Below, piece by piece: positions 1-12,992 of a DNA stretch of 64,000 bases; the first letter of the stretch is position 1; each line of letters opens with the position of its first letter. The notes below the pieces were generated by a model, which made no database searches, was not told where the DNA came from, and was given only the letters and a program-made list of their open reading frames with translations. The stretch is from Eledone cirrhosa. Its lineage: Eukaryota. The position numbers were made by a program, and so were the translations under genes. The DNA lies in assembly GCA_964016885.1 (NCBI GenBank), contig OZ024743.1, positions 145,948,001 through 146,012,000 of the forward strand. The letters are read 5' to 3'.

Positions 1-1874
1 ACCTTAAATTATAAAACACCTATGACCTGAAGAAATCACTATAGTCATTAACATCTATTACTCATACCAACGCTGTCAAATTTTCAGAATCTGGAAGCTG
101 AGCTAAATTGTAACAATTCTAAAACCCAACAAAAATTTCAAATGAAGTGACATCATAAACTCCTATGCAATCACTCAAAACATCTAGAAAGACTAATCTT
201 TTACGATACTAATCCACGTCCCCCTCTCCTAATCACAACGTAAATTCTGGTGACTACAGTCAAACATCACACAACTTATAAACCTAATAGAAAATACATG
301 ATAACTTCAACAACAAAAATTCTCCCGAGAGTACCTGAGTGATGATGGTACAAGATCAGCCAGTGCTGACGTTCAGAGATCACAGCAGTAGCAGTAGGAA
401 AGAAAACAAGTACATTAGGCAGAGGCTAGAATGTGTTGGTGAGCAACTCTATACTAATCATTTGATGGTCTTTTTTTAATGCAGTCTAAGATATCTCTAT
501 ATATAGTAGCAACACTGTTTCAGATATGGGAGCAATAAACCATTGTAGGTCTCACCTGAAATTTGTAGAGGATTAATAGTTAAGAGGGTGGGGTTAAAAT
601 ATTAGTTTGGACACTATCAAATATCTTGCAGTTTCAAGCAACAGATCTGGGGTCAACTTAATTTATACATGTCTTAGCATATTATATACATCTCAAAACA
701 CATTGCTTCTGTCGCTAAAGTTGTACATTAATCTGTAAAAACTAAAAACATATCTATAATTTCTTTAGAAATTTCGTGTTCAACTAATCATGAACAGCAT
801 GGTAAAGTAATTGACTAACTGCAATAGCAATATTATGTGGTTGATCAATGTGTTTGCATTTCTAAATAACAATATATACTGTATATACTCATATATAAGC
901 TGAGAAATATGTGACAAAAAATCGATGGTAAAATGGGATGTCCACTTACATTCAAGGTCAATATTTTACCAATTTCACCAACTTCAAACTATATGTAAAT
1001 AAGTTGCTAAAATATCTGAAGTGATTATTTTACAATGAAACACTTTCTACATTTACTACATTGTCATTAGTTTTATCTATGCATTCCCTTGAAAATATTT
1101 CCCAAAACTTTTTATCATTTGAACTTTTTAATACATAAATATCTCATACACATACATGCATACACATACATGCATATACATGTACACATACACATGCACA
1201 AACATGCATACACTCACATGCCAACTATTTTTCTCTGACTTCATAATACATTTTCTTTCAATCTTACGTAAGATTGAAATCTTCTGACTTTTATTTTATT
1301 GTTCTCGCTAACCCCCCCCCCCCCCCCCCACATTTCTCTCAGTCTCTCACACTTGTTGTTCCTCCCTCCCTCTTCTTCTGTATGAATCCCTCTACAATGT
1401 TCTCTTATATGATCTCTTGCTTTCAACTATTCCCAGGATGTGAGTGGTCGGAAGAAAACAAAAATTCGAGAAACTTATTGAAATGAGGGTAGAAAAATCA
1501 AAACAAAAACTCTATTCAAAATAACACTGAAAACATTTTAAATATCAAAACTCCATAAATATATTTTATATTCATGAGAATTTCAAAACCAAGTCATCTA
1601 AACGTAAATATGTTAATTAACTGCCTTGGCTTATAAACGGGATTTGGATTTTTGCCCATTTCACGGACATAAAATAGAGGTGGTAGTGGCTTATTCTTGA
1701 GTATATATGGTATATATATTAATAAAAACAATGAAGTTTCGTTTACATGTATTTAGTTTTTTATTATGTATCAATCTGTTACATGCATTTCACAGAGGAT
1801 TGCCTCAGGGTCACCCATAGAAGTTATGGAGATGACTCCATTATCAATCTGCTGTTCAGACATATATCTGTTCA

Positions 1875-1918
<44 letters not shown>

Positions 1919-1921
<3 letters not shown>

Positions 1922-4475
1922 TCATCATCATCATTTAACATCTATTTTTCCATGTTATGAAACAAGCCAGCTTAGGTGACCACATCTTGCTCATGCAGAT
2001 CTGTATTTTGGCTTGGTTTCTATGGCTGGATACCCTTCCTAATGCCAACCATGTCAGTGTAGGACTGGGTACTTTTTATTGTAGCACCAAAACGACCATC
2101 TAACAGGGTGAACTAGGTACTTTTTCTCGTGTCACTAACATGACCACCTTACATTATGGACTGGAAGCTTTTGTTGTTGTGGCACCAGATCAGCATACAG
2201 GGTGGACTTAGTGTTTTTTGTTGTGGCAATGGCATTGTGGGAGATCAAATGTAGAGCATGTCCAACTTCCACACTTGTATGTGTGGGTTGGGCAGGAAAG
2301 GTGTATCAGGGGTGAGGGTTTTGGTGGGGGACAAGTAAGCAAGTTCGACATGGATGACATAGATGTAGTATTTAGCTGGTGAGGTGGGAGCATTAAGAGT
2401 GGGGAAGGTAAAGAAGAGATTGGTGCAGACAAGTGTCCTCTACGTGTTTGTTTCATCCTGTGCACATGGGAAGGCGGATCTTTTGCAGTACAATAAGGCC
2501 AGAAATCTCAATCTTTGTTAGATTTAATTGGGCAAAGTCAGCTTTTGTAACTTCATCCCAAACTTACTTAGGTCCTCCTCTTTCATAGTTTCTGTCCACT
2601 TTGATTGCCCTGCTTCTTACACAGCTGTCACCCTCCATACACATCACATGTTCATGTCACTGCAATCTCTTCTCTTGCACACTGCATCTAACCTTTCTTA
2701 TGCCTAGTTTCTCTCTCGGTTCATTGATGCTTTGCCATTCAAGCACACTACTATTACACATCCAATCTTCATATGTCCTTTGCACATAGTGCCCAGGTTT
2801 GACTACCCTGTAACATTGCTGTTCGTACACAGGCATTATAGAATCTGCCTTTCATTTTGAATAAAAAAATCTTTTGTAGCTAGCAGTGGTAGTAGCTCCC
2901 TGAACTTTTTCCATCCCATTCTCACTCTGGCTGCTGTACTTTCAGAATACCCATCTCCACTGCTAATTTAGTCACCCAAATAACAGAAGCTATCAACTAC
3001 TTTTACAGAGCCTTCTGAGCATTTAAAGGAGCTTATTTCCCGTGAGCTCTTGCTGCTTATTGCTGCTGTGCATTGACCACATATAAACCTATGTTCTTTG
3101 CTAGCCTGCCTGAGATCCCACTACATCTCATGTGTATCGATAGTTTGTAATTGGGACATAGGATGGAATTTATATTTGGAATATAAAATGGAATTTCTAC
3201 ATACTCCTTTCCTGCACACTGAGTAAGGCCATTTCCTTGAAGTATTTGCCAAGTTGACTTTAAGACCTTTTGCTTCTAAGCTGTGCTTCCAGGTTTAGAA
3301 TTTCTTCTCTAATTCTGCCATAGATTTAGTTATGAGGGTTAAATCATCGGCTTAGAGGAGTTCCCATGAGCAGCCAGTCTTAAACTCTTCCATTAGAGCT
3401 TGCAGGACGATATCAAACAGGAGAGGGCTAAGAACAGAGCCCTGGTGGACTCCTACGTGCATGCTAAATTCCTCACTATAATCATTGTTAATTCTAATTT
3501 TGCTGACTACTTCTCTACATGGCTTGTATTGCCTTCACAAGCCATTCATCTACCCCTAGTTTTCTAAGAACCCGCCAGATTATGGAATGGAGGACTCTTG
3601 TCAAAATCTTTCTCCAGGACAACAAATGCCAAGTAGAGGGGCATATTTTAGCTAGGTACTTCTCCTGCAGTTGCCTCACAAGGAAGAGGGCATTAGTGGC
3701 ACTTTTACTTGGCATAAATCCATACTGCATTTCATCTAGGTTAACTAGGTTTCTAATTTCTGCAGCTTTCATGACCTGGTCCATCAACTTGATGCCTTTA
3801 TAGTTTCCGCTATAGTTTCTTTTGCCCTTGTAGCAGTTGACTATGATGATGCTACACGAGTCATTGGGTATGACACCATTCTGTATTACTTAATTTACAA
3901 TATGGCTGGTTAAGGTGTGACCAAACATCTCTGATACTTTCAGCATCTCGGCAACTATATCTTCATATCCTTAATTGCCCTACTTAGAATGCTGCTGCTG
4001 ACCTGTACAATTAATCGCTCTGTTACTTGAGACAGACTGTCTTCTTCCTATGCATTCTCCTTATTCAGCAGTCTTTCATAATGACACTTCCATGCTATTT
4101 TCTGTTCAGCATTGGAGAGAGCAAATGCTCCATTATCATCTTGGGCTCACTTCTTCCCAACATCACAATTTTCCCTCACACATTGCCTCACAATCCTGAA
4201 CACTCCACATCTTTGATCCTCACATTGCACAACTTTTTTAGTTTCTGCTTTCCTCCTTGCAATTTATACTTGTCGCCTGGCTTCTCTCCTAGCTTCCTAT
4301 TCCACCACCAAGTCACTTTCCTTCTCCTTGGAGCCCTGCTCCAGCCACAGATGTCTTTGTTGCCTTCAGTAAATTATTTGTCAGAAACTCCCACTGTTCT
4401 TTTATATTGTGTCTCTTTTTGTTCTTCCTTACTGTCAAAAGCATCAAGTAAAATATCTCTAAATTTGTTACTTAA
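1919..4475 (-). mobile_element. RTE-clade LINE, 5'-truncated and degenerate (subfamily A)
   Basis: ORF 3515-3787 reads MDQVMK...QYGFMPSKSATNALFLVRQLQEKYL; a PHD-like region and 48-bp 3'UTR repeats follow; the (ATG)n tail abuts (TA)n at 1880-1919. Confidence 0.9.
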
Positions 4476-4549
4476 ATTGTTAAGCATCCATGATGCCATG
4501 ATAAATATATAGATATTTATTTATCATGGCAGCATGGACACTTAATGGT

Positions 4550-7440
4550 ACTCTACAAAGTTCCTAACAGCTCCCTTGGATATCCAAATTCCCTGGATAT
4601 AGTTCAATCATAATGCACAGTGCTCATCATTTCACCATGGAAAGACTTTATAATGCTTAGTATCTTAGGTGAGCAACTAATGAGTAGCAGCATCTTAAAC
4701 AGGTTGTCACTACTGATCAGGGCAAAGTTTTTTATTAGGTAATTGAAGACTAAATACTCTGGCTGATTCTGCTGTCGACATTTTTCTTGAAGTGAATACC
4801 GTGAAAGTATCCTATCTTCCTGAAGATGAATGTGCTATCAAACATTGACTGGTTACTAGTGACTGACATAAGAGTGATATTTAGATGGCCTCAGAGACAT
4901 AGGACAATCTGGAGACAGAAAGTAAAGAAATTAAAAAATCCCTTGGTAGATATAGATTCAGAGATACATTATGTGATGCATACAAGGAGATTGATAGCTA
5001 TGACATAGAGGATGACTGGAAATTTCTCTGAGACATCCTTCTGCAAGCCACTGATATATTAGTTAGATGAAAGGTGACTTTTAGTGGAATTGTACTCTTG
5101 ATAGAGCCATAAAAGCTAAGGGATAGGCCTGGAAAGTCTGGAAAAAAGGGAGTAACATAGAACAATACCTAGTAGCTAGGTTGTAGGTTTACACAGTATG
5201 AGGAGAAGCTGAAAGCTAGAGGTTTTCCAATGTTAAACAACATGAGAATTAAAGGTAGTGTGTAAGTGTAAAAGAAGATGTTGAGGCAACATGTATAAGA
5301 AATGATTCTGGTGCACTTAGCCTCTTCGACACTCAGGAGAAAGAGGCATAAAAATGTTATGAAAGAGTTTTAAATGTGTAGAAAGAGCGACTACTTCCAG
5401 TAGACACAACAGAGGGACAAGCTATTGAGATCAATAGTTATTGATTAAAGAGGCCATTAAGGATATTAAGAATGAAAATGCTGCCAGGTTATCTGAGATA
5501 GTCATAGATATGCTGAAAATATCTGAAGAAATACGGCTTGAGCAGTCACTCACATAGTCAACCAGATAATATATGATGTTGTTAGAAATCAGAAACTATA
5601 TGGAGTTGAGAGAGCTCTTAGCTTGCAATGAATGAGACAGCCTCTGCTACAATGAAACATGCTCAATACTTCCCTTCCTGTAAAGTTCTGAGTGAACACA
5701 CCAAGACATTGGTACCATGATTAAATGCACCCAGTACACTCTATAATGGTGGAGCTAATGATCAAACAGACAATATAGGGTGGAGAAGAATCTCCAGTTT
5801 GGTTTGGTTGTGCATATGGCAACGTTTCTAGTGCTGGTTTCATGATAAAACACATCCAGTACATTCTGTACATTTAGGAAGGGCATCCAGCTATAAGAAC
5901 CATGCCAAATATGAAACATGAGCAAGCTGAGGTCTTTCCCTCATGTCTACTTTCAGACCATAACCCATCTAACTCATGCCAGCTTGGAAGGAAGATGTAA
6001 AATGATGATGATGATGATGATGAGATGCAGTTCAGATTTTTCACATGATGAAAGTACAACTGATGCCCTCTTCCCTGTCAAACAACTCAAGAGAAGTTTC
6101 TAATTAAGAGTAAATCATTATACATAGCCTTCATTGACAGAATAGCACACACCTTAGTTTGGTGAGTTTTAAGAAAGCTAGGCATAGATGAATGGCTTGT
6201 AAAAGTAGTGCAAATCATGTACAGAGTTGTTGTCAGTAAATTTGAGTTGGGAATCATTTCAGGGAAGAATTTAGTGTGCAAGTAGGTGACATTATAGTGC
6301 TCCAAGTCATTACAGAGGAGTTTAAGATTCGCTATCCATTGGAACTTCTGTATGCTGATGACTTAGTTCTTATAGTCAAATTTGTGGATGATTTAGAGAA
6401 GAAATTCCATATGTGGAAGGAAAATCTAAAATGAAAAGTGATCAGAGTAAACTTAACAAAGACCAAAGTTTTAGTAAGTAGGAAAGAAGACAAAACTCTG
6501 GTACCACCAAGGAAATGGTTGTGCTGGATATGTAGAAAAGGAGTAGGTAAGAATTGTATATGTTGTATTCAGTGTAGTATATGACTAACAGAAGTTGGAC
6601 TTTGTATGCAGCAAATGCAGAGATATGGCTTGTAGTAAGAGCATCACTGAAATAAACTTTTTCGAATCCAAGGAAGGCTCTAGAGCAGCAGCTGATAGCT
6701 TCTGTTAACTAGGTGACCGAATTAGCAGTGAAAGAGATTGGTCTGAAAGAATAGTAGCTAGAATAAAGACAGGATGGGAAAAGGTTAGCGAGCTATCTTC
6801 TCTGTTGCCAAAATAGTGGTTTTCTCTCTGAGTGAGGGTAGATTGTATAATACCTGCATGAAAAGTGCAATATTGCATAGCAGTGAGATATGGGCAATGA
6901 ATGTGGAAGATGTGCAAAGGCTGGAAAGAAACAAATACAGCATGCTCTGTTGAATGTGTAATGTTAATGTGCAAAGCATGGATGAGCTGAGAGAAAAACT
7001 GAGCATAAGTGGTATCAGATGTGTACAGGAAAAAAATTGCACTGGTATGAACATATAATGCATTATGATTTGAGTGAAGAGTTTACCAACCATAATAAGA
7101 AGAGATATGCCTCTCTAATCATTGCAATCACTTTTGTTACCTTTGTTCTAGTACAGTGTTGCAATATTGGCATCCTACAGATTCTGTGGAACAGCATCCT
7201 CTTCCCAATATTGATTAAGAAGCTTGTGGATGTGTTCAAGCAACATTGGTTTAGGGATTCTCAAAACCACAGCTGGGATACAATTGTTCCCAATGAACTT
7301 GCCTTTTGGCAACTTGTTGATAGCCCTGGAGAGTTTCCTTGTGGTAGGGAATTCCCTGAAATTGAACATAATTGAGAGACATTGAATAGCATCCAAGATT
7401 TTCTCCTAAATTTCAGAGTAATGTGACACCCACCTCTGTA
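4550..7440 (-). mobile_element. BovB-like RTE RT fragment split in two (about 4550-4815 and 7070-7440) by an opposite-strand RTE
   Basis: Manual translation gives LPKGK..NNCIPAVVL..HKLLNQYWEEDAVPQNL..RGISLLIMVGKLF on the right and LQEKCRQQNQP..KMLLLISCSPKILSIIKSFHGEM on the left, which are collinear RT segments. Confidence 0.7.
4816..7065 (+). mobile_element. Old degenerate RTE LINE, interrupted by a SINE-like insert at about 5580-6025
   Basis: Decayed matches to the intact copy (ELLYADDLVLIV near 6345, SEIWAMNVEDVQRLERN near 6885) with many stops and frameshifts. Confidence 0.8.
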
Positions 7441-7544
7441 GTATAAGTACTATAAGTTAAAGTCTTGGTGGCATATCATTAAAATACTGTTTTCTTGTTA
7501 ACTAAACAACCTAAACTTATTGTATTATAAGGCCATTGTGGTAT

Positions 7545-7915
7545 TTTGTCAATTATACAATATAACCACTGAGCCTTGTCAATTATATTGTCTAGAGTTA
7601 GTATTAAACAATGCAACAACTGCATTACTGTTACCAATTATACAGTCTAGACATGCTGTTTTGTATAAGTTGTCTTAGCAATTATACAATCTAGACTTGG
7701 TGTTTTATAACAGAAACACTATGTTGTCTTGGCAAGTTACAGTCTCAGCTTGTTTACTAATAGATTCAATGTGATATTTTATGAGCTAGTACATGATCTA
7801 GATTTTCTTTTATTTAACAGAACTATTATGCTATCTTATCAATTTATACAGGCTATATTTAATGTTTTATCATACAACTATTTTGTTGCTTAAACAATCA
7901 TACAGTCTAAATTTT
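7545..7915. repeat. Degenerate ~54-bp minisatellite
   Basis: A CAATTATACAGTCTAGA-like motif recurs at about 7550, 7580, 7635, 7679, 7733, 7786, 7840 and 7895. Confidence 0.6.
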
Positions 7916-8051
7916 TATTTTGCTTCATTACTAAACTACTATTACACCTCTGTTAGCTATAAATAGCTGAGAGGATATAATAATAACATAGACTTCTATT
8001 AATGGAACATCTAGTCTGGACATTATATTTTAAATCTACTTCATACTAGAG

Positions 8052-8372
8052 CAGTGTTTCTCAACCAGTGTTCCTTGAAGCCCTACAATTCTGCAAGAGA
8101 TTGCCAGGTGTTCCGTGAGAAATAGCGATAAATAAGCTAATACATTTTTGAGTAATTTTTGTTTAATTTTATATTCATAATTTTACTATACACATATGGC
8201 ATATTGTTGGAAAATCCTTGGTTATCTGAAAAAATATATTATGTTTACCACATGAACTATGATAAAAATATAAAATATTAATAATGGTATATAATAATTT
8301 TTATGCAAGGGTTCCCTAAGACATGAAAACTATTTCAAGGGTTCCACAAGGGTAAAAAGATCGAGAAATTTA
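8052..8372. mobile_element. hAT (Charlie-like) non-autonomous element
   Basis: Left end CAGTGTTTCTCAACC follows TACTAGAG; right end GGTTCCACAAGGGTAAAAAGATCGAGAAA is a decayed inverse. Confidence 0.55.
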
Positions 8373-8416
8373 TAGAGGCTATAAAGAAATATAATAAAAA
8401 ATAAACAATAAAACAT

Positions 8417-9132
8417 TGTGTGCAGGAGAGGAGGTTGTGTTGGTATGGACATGTGATACATTATGAAGAATAGCAGCTGCATAAAAAGGTGTCGAGTGCT
8501 CAAAGTTGATGGAGCCGTGGAGGGGGGGGGGGACCCAGGAAGACTTGGGACAAGGTGATAAAAGCTAACCTTGCCCAATTGCACCTCTCAAAGGCGATAA
8601 CACTGGACCGAGATCTCTGGCGTTGCGCAGAAATACAGAAGACCCACCTTCCAGCAGGCACAGGCTGAAGAAGTATATGTATAATCTGCACCACCCCACC
8701 CACTCCCATACATCTTCCATGAGAACAAGTTGAAGTATACATCCAGTAAAATCTCCAGCCCACACCGTAAAGTGGTCGGGATAGTGACACGACAAAAAGC
8801 GCCCAACCTACACTGTAAAGTGGTGGTGTAGGTGTCACAGCAAAATGCACCCAGTTCATACTGTAAAGTGGCCATGTAGGTATCACTGGAAAAAGCACCC
8901 AGTCCACACTGTAAAGTGGTCATGTAGGCTCACAACAAAAAGCACCCAGTACTCACTGTAAATGAGGTTGGCACTAGGAAAGGCATCCAGCAGTAGAAAG
9001 CAACTCAAAATCTGTTATGTATGAGCATGACATGGTCATCTGACCTAGCATTGCTCACAACAAGGTAACTCGTCTAACCTATGCCAGCGTGGATAAATGA
9101 ATGTTAAATGGTGATGATGGTGAGGATGATGA
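8417..9132 (+). mobile_element. RTE 3' end with 48-bp tandem repeats in the 3'UTR
   Basis: ERRLCWYGHV coding remnant, then a C-rich tract, 4-5 repeat units at 8755-8960, AGGAAAGGCATCCAGC and a (GAT)n tail. Confidence 0.85.
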
Positions 9133-10266
9133 TTTGAATGGGTGAATTTAAGAAAGTGAACTTTTTTACAGAAGTTCACTATTACAAGAATAAAAACTAC
9201 AACAACGAAAGCAAAATGTAAGGCAAATATGGAAAAAATTATCACAATAACAGAAGAAAAAACTGGTGTGTTGGTGGTGGTAAGTTGGAGGGAGTATTTA
9301 TGTATATGATAAAGCTTAAAGACAGAAGGATTGCCAAATGTAATGAGAGCTACCTAACCCACACTGCTATATGAAAAATAAATTGTGAATCCAATTCATG
9401 GCAACTTTCAGCAGTAGAGGAAGAAAACAAAAATGGAAAGGGAAGATAATATCTATGTGACTATGGTGGAGAAGATAATGATGATGAGGAGGGGGATGAC
9501 TCTGGTGACAAAGAAGTTAAACCTCACCAATGAAGCTGCTGCTGCTGTGGCTTATGGTAATGACCATACTGAAGAAGATGATGGTATGGTAGATAATGAT
9601 ATACATAGTTAAATATAACAATAACAGTAGGTTTAAAGTTAATTACCTACTGTATTTTGACAAGGTGATTACAATTGATTGTATCAACAATTATAATAAT
9701 CGAAATACTCAGTGTTATCTTGGCAACAGGATTACACACACACACATATACACAAACACACATACAGAAGCACACACACACACAATATTTATTTTTGAGC
9801 TGACAGTAATCTCATGAATAATAACAAAATAGTTTGATAAGGATGATAATCCAAACTATAACAGCTGACTAGTTCAAGAGCAGACATGAAAATGGCGTGT
9901 TTAAATTATTCATTTAACATTAGCATAACACTGTCTCCTTATACAAGACACATTTTATTTTTATTACAAGTACTGCTTCCAGACAAACTGTAGTTAACAG
10001 TTACTAGGGGGTATGTGTGTATTAAAAATTTGTTAACTACTGCAATTAAAACTATATTATTTTCATATTTTCTGTACTATTTATAGATTCATTAAACAGT
10101 TAACATTCATTTATCACCATCACTTTCATCATGAACTATGACAACAAATGTGTTGTAATCAGTGATATAAATTAGTTGAACCAAAAATCATGTTTTCTAT
10201 TTGATTTGCAATTTAGCTGAAGAGTTAACATTTTGTACTAATCAAATTAACCCCATTTCATATTTT

Positions 10267-10324
<58 letters not shown>

Positions 10325-10399
10325 TCTCTTGGCTACTAACAAATATACTAACCCATGACATAAAAACAAAAGAGCCCCTATACATTCACTTGGCCTACT

Positions 10400-10618
10400 A
10401 AATTTAGCTATCAAATCTCTCCCAAACCACATTCTATGCTCTTAGAAAAGAAGGACACACTAAATAATGGGGCCTTGGTTGCACCTACGTCCATCAGAAA
10501 TATACCGAATGGTCATGGCTGGAATGCTCATGATTGTAGTTCTACTTGATCAGAGCTCTGATCAAGAAGAACTACGATTACGAGCTGACCTCAGGAAAAA
10601 CAACAGCAACAACAACCT
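10400..10618 (+). repeat. Dispersed repeat with (AAC)n tail; other copies near 10625-11290, 15490-15665, 16510-16680(-), 26700-26850, 34770-34960(-) and 35370-35520
   Basis: Shared motifs CAAATCTCCC..AAGGACACA..GGTCATGGCTGGAATG..GATCA..GAGCTAAACAACAAC. Confidence 0.65.
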
Positions 10619-10768
10619 ATGACATAAAGCCAATGAGGAAACATCTATGTAGTAGCTAAACTCACCAATGTCTTATAAAGGGAAAGCACAATGTATAATG
10701 TAATTCTACAAGCACTATGTCTAAAAAAAAAGATTAGATGGTCATAACTGGAATTACTTTGATCATAA

Positions 10769-11245
10769 ATGAAAGGCTGGTTATATGATGCCTGTGTGAG
10801 ATGCGCGATGCTGCATGGTAGTGAGACATGGGCAGCAACTGCAGAGGATATGCGATGGCTGGAGAGAAATGAAGCAAGCATGCTCCGTTGGATGTGCAAT
10901 GTCAATGTGCGTGAACGACCAAGCATAGATGAGTTGAGAGAGAAACTGGGTATAAGAGGGATAAGTTGTGGTGTGCAGGAGAGAAGAATGAGATGGTATG
11001 GACATGTGATGTGCATGGAGGATGACCGCTGGGTAAAGAAGTGCCAATAAATCCCAGTGGAAGGAAGACGCAGTAGAGGAAGACCATGAAAAACATGGGC
11101 GAAGGTGGTGAGAGCAGACCTCAGATCACTGAAACTCACGGAGGAGATGACGAAGGACCGTGGCAAGTGGAGAGATGCTGTGCTGAATAGGACCCGTCCC
11201 ACCCTTGCAAGCAGGGAAAAGCGGGCGTAAAATGATGATGATGAT
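10769..11245 (+). mobile_element. RTE subfamily B 3' fragment nested in an (AAC)-tailed repeat
   Basis: ORF reads MLHGSETWAATAEDMRWLERNE...RWYGHVM; short 3' end CCCGTCCCACCCTTGCAAGCAGGGAAAAGCGGGCGTAAA(ATG)n; the host repeat resumes after it. Confidence 0.9.
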
Positions 11246-11814
11246 AAACCTGATCAATCAATTTGAACCTGAGCTAAGCAACAACAATAGCTCATGACAC
11301 ATTTTTACATAAATCATTCACCAATAGTTATAGTATTCTCTCTTTTGCAGGCATCTACCAATGCTTCATATAGCCACCAAACTTCATCAAATCACCATCT
11401 ATTTGTCCATTTCTCAAGTTAATTTTCTTAGTGCTCTTTCCTAGCTAATTAATTTTTTCTCCATTTTACTACATTTACTTAATTTCTGTATCTATAGCTG
11501 CAACTAATTGGTTAAGTCAGCCTATTAACTGAAATATTGATAGTTCAAATTTCAATATTTACACAATAGTCATGACCAAAATATATATATTTCAAGATCT
11601 TCTTTACTTAGCTGAGAGAAAAGGTTAATGGCAGTATATGATCATAACATAGAATATGTCAATTTTTAGTAGTGTACTTAAAATACCTTTGAAGCCTTAT
11701 ATACTTGCAATATCATTAATTTAGAGTTTAACTCAAAACAATCTTCACAGTATCATTAATACATTTAATTGTTTAGTTCAAAGTCAATTGTAATCAAGTA
11801 GACGTAGTGTGATT

Positions 11815-12992
11815 TCAAGTAGGCCAGCAAAGAGTTTTATATGTGGTCATTGAACAGGTGCAGTATGTAGCAGGAGCCCACAGGACACTAGCTCCTTTAA
11901 ATGCCCAGAAGTAATTGATAATTTCTGTTACCTGGGAAACCAAATTAGCAGTGGAGGTGGGTGTTCCAGAAGTACTGTAGCCAAAGTGAGAACAGGATGG
12001 AGAAAGTTCAGGAAACTACTATTGATGCTAACTACAAAAGGTTTTTCACTCAAAATGAAGGGCAGACTGCGTGTATATGAAGATCAATGTTGCATGGTAG
12101 TGAGACCTGGGCATTATGTACAGAAGACCTGCAATGATTGGAAAGAAATGAAGCTGGCATGCTTTGATGGATGTATAATAGTAATACATAAGAACGACAA
12201 ATCATAAATGAATTGATAGAAAAACTGGGCATATTAGGGATTAGATGCAATGTGCAGGAGAGGTGAATGCAGTGGTATGGACATGTGACGCATATGGAGG
12301 ATGACAGCTATATAAAAAGGTGCAGGGGGCTCAAAGTTGATGGAAGCTGTGGTGTAGGAAGACTTAGGATGAGGTGATAAAAGCTGACCTTGCACAATTG
12401 CACCTCTCGAAGGGGATGACACAGAATCAAGATCTCTGGCGTTATGCAGTAATACAGAAGACCTGCCTTCCATGTGCATGGGTTGAAGTATACATCTTGC
12501 ACTACCTTCAATTCCATAAACCCCCCACATCCTAACACCCCACTCTTCATCCACGCCCCCCCCCCCCCCCCCCCCTTGCACCTCCCAAGTCCTAACACCG
12601 CCAACCTTCTGCAGATAAGTGCCCCACCCTAGATCTATCTCACCAATCCCCATATACCCCCCACCCCAGCCCACACTGTAAAGTGGTCGCGTAGGTGTCA
12701 CAACAAAAAAGCACCCAGCCCACACTGTAGTTGTCACAACAAAAAGCACCCAGTCCACATTGTAAAGTGGTCGAGTAGGTGTCACGACAAAAAGCACCCA
12801 GCCCACACTGTAAAGTGGTCGTGTAGGTGTCATGACGAATGGCGCCCAGTTCATACTATAAATGTGGTTGGCGTTAGGAAGAGCACCCAGCGGTGAAAAA
12901 CAAGCCAGAAACAGTTCTGTACAAGCAAGATACGGTCGTCTGATCTGGCTTGTCTCACAGCGGGACAACTTGTCTAACCCATGCTAACATAG
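11815..12992 (+). mobile_element. RTE subfamily A 3' fragment
   Basis: RTGWRKFRKLL..KGFSLKMKGRL coding remnant, C-rich tract and 48-bp repeats at 12663-12860. Confidence 0.88.

Noticed and set aside
8755-8960. 48-bp repeats resembling a CRISPR array
   Set aside because: The units are contiguous with no unique spacers, lie in LINE 3'UTRs, have no cas genes nearby and the DNA is eukaryotic
10645-11202. Long antisense ORFs over RTE, Gypsy and Helitron sequence (also 12234-12968, 30821-31456, 38761-39309, 45601-46101)
   Set aside because: They are shadow frames of TE sequence with no independent protein signature
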